From the NCBI RefSeq assembly GCF_964204865.1, contig NC_135259.1:15748001-15812000 (forward strand): a stretch of 64,000 nucleotides of DNA, written 5' to 3'. How positions within the stretch are numbered: the first letter of the stretch is position 1; each line of letters begins with the position of its first letter. Positions 13,972 to 27,168 of this stretch are shown piece by piece. Made by a program: the position numbers and the translations under genes. The notes beneath the pieces are model-generated. The model worked only from the letters and a program-made list of their open reading frames with translations. It had not been told where the DNA came from and ran no database searches. Source of the stretch: Styela clava (Eukaryota).

Positions 13972-14112
13972 TTGGCACTCCCGAAGTATGTGAACCAAGA
14001 TGGGCAACACCGGAACGTAGTATTTGTACCTGGAACTATGGCCTAACTCTAACCTGGTACTCAAAGTATGTTCCAGTGTCCGCCATATTGGTTCACATAC
14101 TTCGCGAGTACC
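13972..14112. mobile_element. Short MITE copy (same family as 2782-3018)
   Basis: ggcactcccgaagtatgtgaaccaagatgg ... ccatattggttcacatacttcgcgagtacc. Confidence 0.7.
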
Positions 14113-14519
14113 GTTATTTCTGGTGACGTCTTATCCCCGCACAGCTAATTCACATGAATCTGTACCAATCTTGATAAGCGTGCAGTTTGTCGAATGACAA
14201 CAGAACGTGATAACATGGCATAACAAGGATAACTTTGCGTAGTACTATAAAATGTCTGATTGATAGTCGAAATATTTAGCTTAAACAGCACAGGTTTGCA
14301 TAGATAGCACGCTACCAGCCTTATTGCAACTAGTTAATCTCTGATTGTCATGTATCAGAGAATGATACGAAGCTAATCCTGTAGATACCAAGAAGAAGGA
14401 AGGATTGATTAATCTATCCCACAGTGCAGTGACAAAAGCCGTTTCCCCCACTTGCAGGTTGCTCAGGGTTCAAGATTATACCGAATACGACTATTTTCCT
14501 ATATTTTTGCTTTTTTCAG

Positions 14520-14681
14520 TCATTACCAACCAAGACTCTACAACGTGTGTGTATGTGTGTGTTGTGTGTGAAGACTTTTTTGTATATCGATAGTATAGAA
14601 AACCTCATTACCAACCAAGACTCTCAAATGTGTGTGTGTTGTGTGTGAAGATTTTTTTGTATATCGATAGTATTAAAAACC
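14520..14681 (+). repeat. Direct tandem duplication (~80 bp x2) containing (TG)n
   Basis: tcattaccaaccaagactct...(tg)n...gtatatcgatagtat...aaaacc occurs twice. Confidence 0.85.
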
Positions 14682-17214
14682 TCTTAGAAATTCTAGATAA
14701 AAAAAAATTCTACCTGCGTGATGATGATAGTAGGGATTAACATTTCCTTGGCTCAATTGACGTGTTGCACGCGACGTTCTTACCTAAAATGAATATTCAA
14801 ATCATTATATTGGAAATAATATTAACGAAAAACATGGTTCTAGCAAGAGAACATTTAACTGAAAGCCATATCGGGTATCGCTTCATCTGCCCATGTTCAT
14901 TGATGTTTATCGTTAATTGAAATTATCATTATTTTTGAAAGTTGACAGTGGCATATTTTGGGTGTCAACTGACATTTTCATTCACGCCTATTGGCATTAC
15001 CAGAGAAGATTTGGATATTGCAACCAATCATACTACAAATATCATATATTTACCTCGCATCTATTCCTCGCCATCCACCTTTCACCGGAAGCGTGCGAAA
15101 GCGCATGCGGTCGCCCTTTTTGCTGTCTGACCTGATTTCGTTTTTCCTAAATATAGTTACGCATGTTGATAAACTTTTCATGAATATTCAATATGCCCCC
15201 ACGTCCTTCCCCCGACCGCAATTTTTCAATTTTAATTTTTCAAAGAAAGACAGTATCTGCACAACTCAGTGAGTCGGCAATCAAAATGTGAACAAAAATG
15301 AAAAATTTCTATCATATCTATAAGTGTGTTGCATGAATGCTTTGATATGGCTCAAGTCTGAGATTTTGTCACCGCTTAAAATATCTGCTAAGAGCCGTTC
15401 AAATTTGTGACATCCAGATGTCGTGGAGCACGTCAAAGGATAAACTAATATAGACCACGTAGGGACAACTCGTATGCAATTTTTCGATCAATACCATTTG
15501 CTGGTCCATTATTGAGCAAACTTATACAAAGAACTGTTGTTTCGACATATTGTTTTATCGAATTCTTTCTTATACTAACTTTCCATCACGTTATTTGGCT
15601 TCGAAATCAATACATCAAAGTTGTTTGCCTCTTTGTCCTCTTATCAAAAATATATACACTATATTGGCTCGAGCAATTAGATGGAGGTGTAAAGGGGAAT
15701 ATCACAATTAGGATTTTAGCGATGAGTGTTGTTTTATTTTTCGAAAACGATGACAATAAATTTATCAGTTGTCGGTATTTATTATACGGTTTTTATCTCA
15801 CCACTGAATTTCTGATTTGGTTTCTTTGGTTCTGCATATCTGGGGTCAGGATGATTATTTTTTAAATGTTTTATACCAATCCCAATCTGGAACAGGTACT
15901 GTCACAAATGGGAAACATGATCAGACAATTTGTGGTGGAGAAATAGGAGAATACTATTTTGTTGTTATTTAACCTTCACCTCATTATTGTTTTCTTCGTA
16001 TAGTACTGATGCTTCCGGTGCATTGGAGCTTGCACAAGCTTGTTCGCCATTATTGATCTGTCGATTATTGCTCGAAGTCGAAGCTACAAAACATTTGTAT
16101 TACAACATTCAAAGATTGCTTACTATAAATTCTTTTCAATGGTTTATCAAATACAATATAAACATATGTCTGCGGAATGCATACTCGACTAAATTCTTTG
16201 TCAAAAAATGTATGTTCATTAAATAAAATTATTGTTGGAATTGTAAAATTATGCTAGTTTTATTCTAGCTTTATGAATAACTTTTTGTCAGGGACAAGCA
16301 ATGAAACAAATATTATAATAAATCATTATCATTTCGTTATTACAAATTAAACATATGTAAGATAATAAAAAAATGAAGATTCCTAAATAGTTAGAAATTA
16401 TATATGATTCGCTGTTACTAAGATAATCAATAAAGCCTCATATTAATATTTTTCTTTTTCGTGAAATAAACGTCATTACAGCAATGACTATTTAATTAAT
16501 TCAAATGATTATACAATATTTCTTAATTAAGGCAAATCGAAGAGTTTTTCAAATTCAGACAAATTCGTTTATACGACCATATATAATATTTTCACTTTTC
16601 AAACGGGAATTTTATAATTTTGGAACAAGAATCATTTGAACTTGATTACAAATCAAAATTTAAACCGTATTAATTGTTAACACGCCGTTAAATTTATGGA
16701 TGAAAGAAAAATAAATGCTAGTCCAATTTGATATTGGGTCCAAAATTTGATGGATTTTGAGATCTTAGGTTTCAGCCTGACAATCCAAGTTAGGTATCTA
16801 CTACTAAATTTAATTTGCTGAAAATACTCAAAGCAAGTGGCGACGCATCTCATCCTAGAAATTAATATAATAGTTGTTTTTGTTATAAATATTTTTATTA
16901 CAATTTAAAACAAAATACGCAGACAGCTAGAAAAGTATTTGGAAATTTATTTATGACATGTATAAACAACGTCAAATAATTTTTCAGTTCGGGAACGATT
17001 ATGGACGTTTCTCCCACAATTTACGCCAGAAAAATTCAATCTATATTTTAGCATTGCTAAATTTCACTGCTTATTTTAAAACCTCCCTGGGAGACATAAT
17101 GACAACCAAAATCTCAATTGTTGCGTCACTTGAGACATCTTGCTGATTAGCCAATGTTGAGAAAAGGTACAAAGAAACGGATAGTCAGGGAGACATCCGT
17201 CATCAAGTTATCAC

Positions 17215-17621
17215 TAGGGCTGGGCATTTCGAATCGAATATTCGAATCGAATCGAATAGTGAATTATTCGAATCGGTTCAGAGCTAAATTTCGAATCGCC
17301 GCCATCTTGTTTTTATCTTCCCGCTAATCTTCAAGGTGAATTCCTCATTTTTTTTCATTGGAGTCGTATTTTTTTAACGAAATTCTAACATACGACTATT
17401 TTCTTATTAATATAACGTGTTTGTTATTCTGTGTGAACGCTCAGTAATCTATCTGAGTGATTTGTTCTATGTCTTCAGTAATTCATTTGTTGAGAGGATC
17501 AATTACTATAATAAAATCGCTTACAATTATATATTTTCAAGTATTCGAGATTCGATTCTATTCGAAAAAATTATTCGATTCGATTCTGAAATCACAAGGT
17601 ATTCGAAAATGCCCAGCCCTA
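17215..17621. mobile_element. hAT MITE with TTCGAA(T)-rich subterminal repeats
   Basis: TIR TAGGGCTGGGCATTT / AAATGCCCAGCCCTA; exact 8-bp TSD GTTATCAC (17207-17214 and 17622-17629). Confidence 0.9.
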
Positions 17622-20116
17622 GTTATCACTTCAGTTCATACCTGTCCGACCATCCATTCTCTCGGCTCGTATAACATTAAAGTCTCCTAGAAAATGTTGA
17701 TGTTAGAAACTTCAATCGTAGCCTGAAAGGTTCTTTCGGAGCTGTTGCGATATTGAAAATTTCGACACGTAGGATACGCTTCGAGTATATACGAATGCTA
17801 GTTCTGTTTCGAAGTCGCGCGTACGCTCTTAAAATAGAAACCATCGTGACTCATGTGTGAAAGGCGCCAGAAGTTTCGATTGCCTTTTTCTTTCTTAAAA
17901 TGGGCCGTAAAAATGCTGCTGGCAATTGCTGAAAAGCAGAATATTGAGTAAAGCAGGTTTTTCAAACTTTTTCCTCGACTTCTTAAGGGGGCCACGTAAC
18001 GCTTTTCTCGGGGCCAAGGCCTTCAATAGGCACCATCCACGATGACTAGATCCATTTGAGGCAAATGTTAATGTTACACAGTAATATAAATCGCCTAACT
18101 CACATATACACAAGTTAAATAGTCTTATGGTGATAGAATCGAGCAATCGACAGCTACACACAACTACCGTAGTCACAAGCTCTTCAAATTCGGATACCTG
18201 GTGATTTTCGAAACGAATCTCGATTGCTTGAAACATATGTAATTGCCCGTGACTTTTTTATTGTGATGGGTCCGCCAGACATAAATTACTAAAACCTATA
18301 ATTTAACATTCGTTCAGTTCACTGAGGTTATCACACACAAGAAAAAATATGTTTCATCCACAGCTCACCGGGAAGTAATGAGTTTTATGTCAGATTGCAT
18401 TTTAAAAATATGACTTCAATAAAAAAATTGACGTATTCACCCAGACAACGTAAAACAAGATGGCGACAATTCAAAATTTTCGTCTGAACCGATTAGAATA
18501 ATTTACGATTCGATTTGAAATGTCCTGCCTCAGTTATCTCGAAGGCGAATTTTGTTTGTTGATCAATTTATAGTACTAAAATATAAATATTGTTCGTTGA
18601 ATCTCCGCTATTTCGCTGCAACAACGTTAAACTTAGTTTTTCACATTTGAAATGCAAATTTTTGTTGGACTTCCAGACAATGTTTCACAAAGTGTCCATT
18701 GTTTTTGTGCATGTCTTTTGCATTATAGTTATATTAGCAAGAACATTACTAAGCGATACTCATGCTTATTTTCAGTTTTCATGTTTCAGTGTATTTTATA
18801 CTATTAAGAGGCCAGTATCAAAACCAGCACGCCTTTCCGCATTACTCCGGGTATTTTCCATTTTTTCTAATTTTTTTTTGTTTTGTGTAGAAGGGATTTT
18901 CCTTGTAGCGTTTATACAATGTGACTACCGAATTTGAAACAAGCATTCAATAAGATTGCCTCAAATTATCAGGTCACCACTTTCGATTTTCAATAAAAGT
19001 ATTAAGTGTATCGTGGTGACTCAACGTTGGTTATGTGTGAGAATTCCTACATTGTTTTATCAATGTATGTTAAACTATTGGCCCTGGAATTCTTGAACTT
19101 GCGCAAAAAATATATAAAAAATTCGAAAATTAGTTTCTCATCGTTTGTTACATTTGTATTAACACACATCGCATGTAGTTTGACATTCTTAAATTCACAG
19201 CCCAAAACTGCTAATAGTTACAGCCCATTTCCAATGATCTTAACATACTTGCAGACACATTGACTTTCAAAAGGCGTCAGTTAACATTTTCCTGTGGTAA
19301 TTGGTCAATTGTATCCAATGTATTTATCATCGAAGCCCATATATTTTCGCTTTGGTCAAATATCGTTACAATTTTCGGGAACTTGGCCAGGTTATACTGA
19401 CAATGTCTATTATAAGAACCAATCGCCTAAATAAGTTACGCATGACACATTAACATTTTTTCGAATATACCCACTGCGTACTTTTATTTTGTGAAAATAT
19501 GTATACCTTTCTACAAACTTCGTGCTATACGTAATATAGCAAGTAAAGCAGTGCCTTGAAAACTAGCGCAAAACCTTACACCAATGATTTAATATTTTTG
19601 GTGAAAGAAACCCTAATTAAACTTCCCAGACGCTCGAGGAACCAATTTGCAACACTTCAATTGTCTCTTGTCTAACTGTATAAACTGTATGATATTTTAT
19701 TTACTGTATGATATTTTAACTGATATGATATTTTTAAATGTAAACTTGTGGAACAACTAGACTTTATTGGCAGAACCTTAGGAACCCGACTGAAGCATGC
19801 CTCTCAAATTTCTGCTATTTGCTAGTAATTTCAGGTATTTACTGGGCTATCGCAGTATAATAATAATTACCTAATAAAATAACAGTTATTTTGTGCTATT
19901 TGTGCTTTTGTTCTTTTTGCGCTTTTTGAAAACATCCAAAGTATTGAAGATTTAAGAAACGTATGCGCGGTTTGTAATGATTTCCATTCTGTTCGACCAT
20001 ATCGCCCCTTAGTTGTAAGATGCCTCGTTAATGTTGTCTGTGTTGCAGAAATATATTTTGTTCAATTTTTCCCGATAACTCGAATAAATTCAAAATTTAA
20101 TATTTGCTTGTATTTC

Positions 20117-23100
20117 TTAAATCTTATCTTTACGAGCATATTCAAGTAATTTAGTAAATCCAACTTTCATGTCTGTCCAATTACATCTTCCATCTGGTGA
20201 ATATTTTGAACCGCACCTCAAAAGTTTTGTCAATTCCCCTTCATGCCTCCAAAACGGCGACACCGCTGAGTGAAGCCGACCAAATAACCATGTAGATAAT
20301 ACACATAAATGAGTAATGGAATCCACTCCCCAACATCGATTATTCTTTGTACAATATCCTCGGATTTCTTGACAATGATAACCATAAGAATACATAATAG
20401 AATCTTTGTCCCATGTTACAGAAGCACATTCATACGAACCTTTGCAGGTTGTTCCAGAGAGTAACCTATGATATAATTGAATACAGTAAACGGTACCACT
20501 TTGATACCACACGTCTTAAACGTGACCTCTATCGCGATTGGTGCCACTTTGGTAAACATTTAATCTCATGAATACATTCACATAGAATTCAGTTCCTAAC
20601 CCTAACTAAAATCACTGAGATCACACAACCGATGAGATCACAAACCATAGTAACACCCATTAAAGCAGTGGTTTCCTTACCAAGAAATATTACTAGGAAG
20701 AAAGGGGAGTCTTCTTGACGAGACAAAAGTAAAATAAGTTTGGGGTCTAGCATTGTGGCCCCTACAATTGCTCTGTGACCCGCTAGGGGGCAAAGGGCCC
20801 CGCTTGGAAACCCCTGCACTAAAGCATTGTCATAGATTAAGAAACACTGAATAAACATGTTTTACGAAAGTTACACCACCGAATGTGTTATTCTCACCTT
20901 TGATATTTAGTCATTTCTGATTGCTGGTTAATTGAGAAAAACTTCAATGTTCGTAAATCTGTTATTTTTACGTTTAAATCGGAATCGATGTAGAAACTGG
21001 TAGCTTGAAAATCGTACTGCATCACGCTGAATATGAGATAGATATATAATTGGATAAAATTTACAAATAAGATGGATTAGCAATAGACACTCGAAGTTTC
21101 CCTATAACGGTCTTGTGACAAATGGTTTGTTAAATTGAGTCAGTGTTTGGCGCGTGTCGCCGGTATCAGATTTCGGGGAGCTCCAGGAGTGTGTGTAACA
21201 ATGTGGAAGTAACTAATTTTGTTCGCCTACTTTAGGCCTACTTCAAGTTGTTTAAAGGAACGCAAGTCTATGGACAAGGGGTATATTCAACTCGTAATAG
21301 AACTGAAATAAGGAAAATCGGAATAAAATTATGGCCTAACCTAACCTAGTACACATACTACGGGAGTACCAATTCCGGAATTATTTTTTTTCCTCGGAAC
21401 CTACAGTTTATTGGAATCGGAAACGAATCTTTGAAATTGTTTTGCTAAATCGATTTGCTAAATGTCTTATGATGTAATCGATGAAACTTCCACCTCCACA
21501 GCCCCACCTATGCCAAACTTGGGCGCGAGATGATTCGTTATTCAATAGGGCTTATTTATCACGCTATTATGCATGAATTTGTGTATGGAGAACTTTGAAT
21601 GATTTGGTTTTTGAAATACAATCCCTAGAATTACTCGCATCATCAATAAAAAGGTTAGAAATGAACATTTTCTTTCGTAAAGTATCATTAACATATAAAT
21701 TTGAAAGTGATCGTTTTTGTACTAAACATGAACCATATCATAAACGTAGATGTATCAAAATATCAAATTGTTGCAAATGCACTTGTAGGCACATTTATTA
21801 AATCAGTTCTCACCCTTTCATCCATAGTTTCTCAAACAGTATTGCAGTATTTAACATGATAATCAATGCATCAGTGCCAGGTCGTCGACTCGATTGCACT
21901 CGTTCCATAATAGCCGGAAGCCGTTTGCATTCATAAGACGCGTAATTTGAACTGCACAAACGGATTCCTTCATCGTGCCGAGATGTAACGAATCTGGTAA
22001 AATTACTGACATTTCATTTTTTTATCTAGAAAAAATTTCTGACAAAGCTTTATGTGGATTTAGGAAAATCAATAACATCAGTTATATAATATAATTATTT
22101 GAAACGAAACTTTGTCTATCAATATCATTTTATTTGTGATGTTTTATCAGCGTGTAAGAGCCAGCCTGAATGTATCCGATGCTCGTGAAACCATAAAATA
22201 TTGTACTGTAACCTTACACCCATTCACAATATATTCCATATAAATATGTGTTTCCTGACGAATTATATTCCCTAATAAAGTGTTATGCTTATGAAACAAT
22301 AATAAACAAGAATACAGTTTTGACATGATGGTTTGGTCAACAATGTTTTATCATTTAAGAAGTCATTAAATACAATATCTACTCAGGGAGCAAATAATGA
22401 TGATATAAACTTTAATGCGTTGAGCATACGACTTTACCGTACAATCATAATTGGGCATTTTGGTAAAAGTCACGATGGTGTGCGTATTGTCATAATGTTC
22501 CTATATGTTCTTATTTTAGTGTATTTCTCTATAATTGTTAATTAAAGTAATAGCTAAAATCTTGAATACGACCCCTTTTAATATAAATAATTACCGTATT
22601 TCGATAGCTCTCGATAACTCCTCCTTCTTCCACTTGTTCTCAACGCCAGTTAATTTACTATCAGTTAACGGTGATGTAATAATACATAACCCATATAATC
22701 TAGGAACGCCGTACCATCCTTGAGTTTTTAACAAATTTGTAATTTCCTTTGTTGCTATCTCAAATGATTCAACCATATTAATATTTGAACTTGTTGCCGA
22801 ATTCCAATTTATGGCTTTAACGTCGAATAATCGAGTCTTAGTTGATTCATCTGGAAATTTTTGTAATACGTTATTTCTTCTTGATACGTTCACAGCATTA
22901 GTCGAAGCTGCATTAATTTTGAATAAGTCCTCGCACCCCATGAGCTCAGATTTTGAATTTAAATTATCCATTATTAGACGGGATTCAGAATCCAATTCTG
23001 TGATTGAATTTCTAAAACCGGAATATTCTGTATTTTTTTCTGATAATTGTTGATTAACTCTTGCAATATTCTTCAACAAAATTTTCAGCAGTTTGTTCTC

Positions 23101-24833
23101 TTTATAATTGTCTCTTTCTGCAGTTTTGAGATATTTCAAACTCATGGTTTCGTGAAAAATATTCTTGTTAACTCCTTCCAAGGTACGTTTGGATCGAACT
23201 TGATCTTTCTGTCCGTTGTTTTCATAATAGCAGGGCGACACTGAATAAAACAATTTAAATATGGTAAAAAATATCCAGTTAAGTTATATAGAATTTGACA
23301 GTGAACGAAATCTGAATGCATGCATGCTTCAATGCATGAAAATTCTAAGTGTGGCTGGGGTGTTATGTTGGTATGGCTTTCTGCAGGAGATCCCAATGTA
23401 TTTTCATGAAATGATTCATGGCATCGTAATTAAATTCCCTGGTTCAATGACAATTTATGTCAGTAAGACGACTTGAAATGACTTTGTTAGTTTATTGATT
23501 GTCATAATTAAGTGTCGTGAGTCGTAAAACTTGTAAGCGAACGTATGTCGCATGTCTCAGTATATGATGTATATATACCCAAGCATAATATTTGATTTAA
23601 AATAATATGATACCGAGTATAATATTACAACATACGCAGTAGCAAAGTATCAAGTGTCATAATAAAATTTGGTAATATGATCCATATAATTCCGATTTAT
23701 AACCCACAGGCTACGATCCGACACTTGACCGCAAATTGAGTTTCATCGCTCAAGTTGGAAAAAGCTTATTTCGGAAACCGAACACGGTCGAAACAAAAAA
23801 AATAATTATATTAAAACCATGAAATATGACCAAAAGCTAAATGAATCGAATCAATGGCAGTATGTGATCTGTTTCAAAAAATGAAATAAAATTCGTTATT
23901 CGGTTCGATAAAAATTGTATTGCCATCAGACTCGATTCCGAACCTTTTTCTTGCAAGAACTGAAATTTAAAAATTCGGGCCAATCACAACTATGTACAGA
24001 ACACTAACGTAATATCTACAATTTATTTCGATATGCATTTCGCTCCTACCAAAGCTCCGTACAAGTAAACACTTCTAGATAAAAACTCAATTTATTACAA
24101 CCGGAATTGGTGGTTTGGAATGATATTTGAAAACGGGTTTTCAACTAGCGTTGCCGACATATAATTAATCCACCCCTTTAAGCAGACAAGCCAGTGTTTT
24201 CCAACCTGCGTTCCGCGGCAACATAGAGTTACGTTAGTACAGTCGAAGGGTTCTGCAATTTTTCATCCGAATCCGTCTATAATTATATTAATATATATAT
24301 ATATATGTTAATTAAATATAATCAAATACGTATTAGGTTTGCCAGTAATATTAAACTAGCTACACTTCAAAAATCTTTTTCGTTGTCAGTTTAGGTCAAT
24401 TTCAGTTTCATTTTAGCATATCTTACCTTAGGCCTTGTACTTCCATATACCTTCTAATTATAGGTGTAAATCATAAATTCACACAATATACTCATGTATC
24501 AGCGTGTTTATTCTATATGCTCAAGACATGTAAAGTAATTACTATATTTGAACTATGTACGTGTTTAAAATGTAATAATATGTGAAGGCGGATTCAATTT
24601 TTATTACCAAATTTTTAATTTATTGTTGATATCCTTATATCTACCCAGTTTAGGCCCCGTGCATTTCGTTTTGCATCGGGCCCCCCAATAATTAGGGCGG
24701 CGTTGATATTTCACTTACCAGTGTGTAAATGATGGTCAGCTGACATCATAACAACATTGATAATCCATAATACTGCTGTTATAATGAACAGTTGGACATT
24801 GGAGGTCTTTCGAACATACTTATTCAAAAGCAT
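20117..24833 (-). CDS. Secretory-pathway kinase-like protein (PKDCC/VLK-POMK-DIPK type), 5 exons, 472 aa
   Basis: Exons 24719-24833, 22595-23240, 21814-21993, 20898-21026, 20117-20465 splice in frame (1419 nt, all GT-AG). N-terminal signal anchor LFIITAVLWIINVVMM; LMGCEDL; VKAIN (beta3 Lys); KEITNL (alphaC); VPRLYGLC; catalytic-loop-like MQYDFQATSF; KITDL; Cys-rich insert C..SYEC...C...GYC...RC.G. Confidence 0.8.
20666..20816. mobile_element. Small hAT MITE in intron 4 of the kinase gene
   Basis: CAGTGGTTTCC ... GGAAACCCCTG; 8-bp TSD CATTAAAG / CACTAAAG. Confidence 0.7.
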
Positions 24834-27168
24834 CTTCGCAACTCAATCGCCAAAGAAAGTTGTCTGCGACGATGTCATATTTTCTATTGTTGAACTGCTC
24901 TATTAGAAATAACACTGAGATTATTTATTATCTTAGTTTTTTAGGAACTGCATCCCGATTTTTTGAAGTAACATATTTCATCCCCGTTTTAGCTGAATTT
25001 AACTGAACTCTATGCTGATTCGCGACAGTCGACACTACCATATCATCTATTTTATTCTGATATTCACCTCAGTCGCTTTATGGCTGTCTAATCACAGCGT
25101 TACTCGCCATCTAACTTTAACTTTACACGCTTGTCGTAATTTGTTAAATAGGACGATATAATTAATCACGCCAATTAGAATAATATTTGAATATCATTAT
25201 TCGACGTCACGATGTTTCCGATTCAATTATGACTAATTATAAGTTAAGTGATATATTATAAGTTTCGTCATGCCTGGTTGCTCGGATTACCAATTGTAAC
25301 CGATGTTATGGTTGAACCAGCTTTGCGCACAACACTACACATTGGCCTTTTCATAAATGCGTTAATATACACGAATTTGAGTAGTTATTCACAAGCTTAA
25401 ATTTTGATTGTTTATAGTACAAGGCAACTCTATTTATGGTTATGGCTTAATTAATAGAAAACTAGGAAAAACATATAAATGCCTCGATAAACCCTCAGCA
25501 GAATCAAACATACACCGAAAATTCGCACGGTGATTTATATCTACTTTTTATAGTTTTTATCCAATCACTATTCAATACTACTTGTCAAATAATTTTAAAG
25601 CTATGGCCTTGTAAGGCAATCATTCGCACCTTTCGCTGTAAGTCTGCAGAATAAATAGCCGTATTCGATAGTTACGTCAGCAATGCTTGAGGAACAATAT
25701 GCGCGAAGATAAATCCAAAATTTCAACTGAATTGCGAACTCTTGGACGAAGTTAAAACATTTATGTACTAATCGTACGAAACTTGTCAAGAGCCAACGTT
25801 TCTGACATAAATTAATAATGTATTAATATAACAAATTGTGACAAAGAAAAATATTCGGTAAACCTTTTTAGAGAATGAGAAACCATTGGCGATTAGGAAT
25901 GAAAAAAAGGTTTTCATGTTGTATTCAGTTCAATAGTTGTTATATTATAGTTGACATCTAGTAATGAAAGAGTGAAAACAAGTATTTCCAGGGCTGAAAC
26001 GAGCAACTTTCCAGTGAAAAAAGTGTAAAACAGTAAGTAATTTTATTCATTAGCTGTTTCGCGTTGGCCATCGATAATGAATTTAATGATGAGACATCAG
26101 CAATGTCCTTCCAGCATAAACTGGACACGAAATGTACCTATGGAACGTTTTGCTTACTTGTTGTTGTATTTTTCGTTTGGTTCTTGGTGTTTTCATTAGG
26201 GCTGTGTCGTGAACAATGCTTCGTAACTAATGTCATTTTTATTTGTCAAATCTCATTAAAGCTTTGTTAGATGCTCAATGTTTCATCCAAACTTATTTAA
26301 ACCATATTTATGTCGCCACGCCCACCCGGCGATATTCCAGCCGGTACCGATGAGCGACCTTCATATTCATATATTTGAGCATTGACCTGCTGTTGTTCTT
26401 TGCATGGAAATCAAATCACGCAACAGCTGCACCTAGGAGGTCCATTTTCGCGTTGTTCTGGAAAAATTAAAACATATAAGGTAATGCTTAAAACTTGTCA
26501 ATTTCTAAGTTACCTGCTGATTCGAGCAATTGAACAAATAACTCTACTAACCATGAAGTCGAATTACTGAATCACTCGATCTTCTTCTATGGCTACGTCT
26601 TTCGTAATTTGGTAGGAGGTTTCGTAACTGGTCCTGTGTATCCAGAGGAAAAATCAGAAAAAAATGAATTTATATAGTCATACGGATTTACCTAATTATC
26701 GAAAAGACAGCTGAATCCATTTTTTTCTTAATGGCAATTTTAGTTTTACGCAGTATGGGTTATATGCAAGTAACGAAAATAGAACTTGAAATAATACTCG
26801 TAAGTATTTTTAGGAAAATAGAAATTTATTGGACAAGGATGATTTTCTGGATGATACAAGGATGATACAAAAAGCCATACGCATAGAAAAACGTGTTTAA
26901 AAAAACTTTATTTTGTAAACCTGATTTTGTTGTGTTCGAGTTTGTGTTGCCGAAATATTTCCGTGCTGATGAAAGGTCACTCGCGCATTGCCTTCAATGC
27001 GTACACCGGTTGCTCCACAAACTGCAGCCGCAGAATCAGCACGTTGACTTTGAACTTGTTCTTGCAAATAAGACGAAAATGAAATATTTACAAACAAAAG
27101 GTCGTCAAGCAAAATATATTTATATGTAAAATAAATAAAAAATGAACATTTTGTGTCATAAAACCTAC

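Noticed and set aside
15512-15865. 117-aa hydrophobic plus-strand ORF
   Set aside because: Hydrophobicity is explained by T-rich composition; non-ATG start and no family motif.
17221-17296. Repeated TTCGAAT/ATCGAAT units resembling an array
   Set aside because: Subterminal repeats of a hAT MITE with TIR and TSD; no spacer structure, so not CRISPR.
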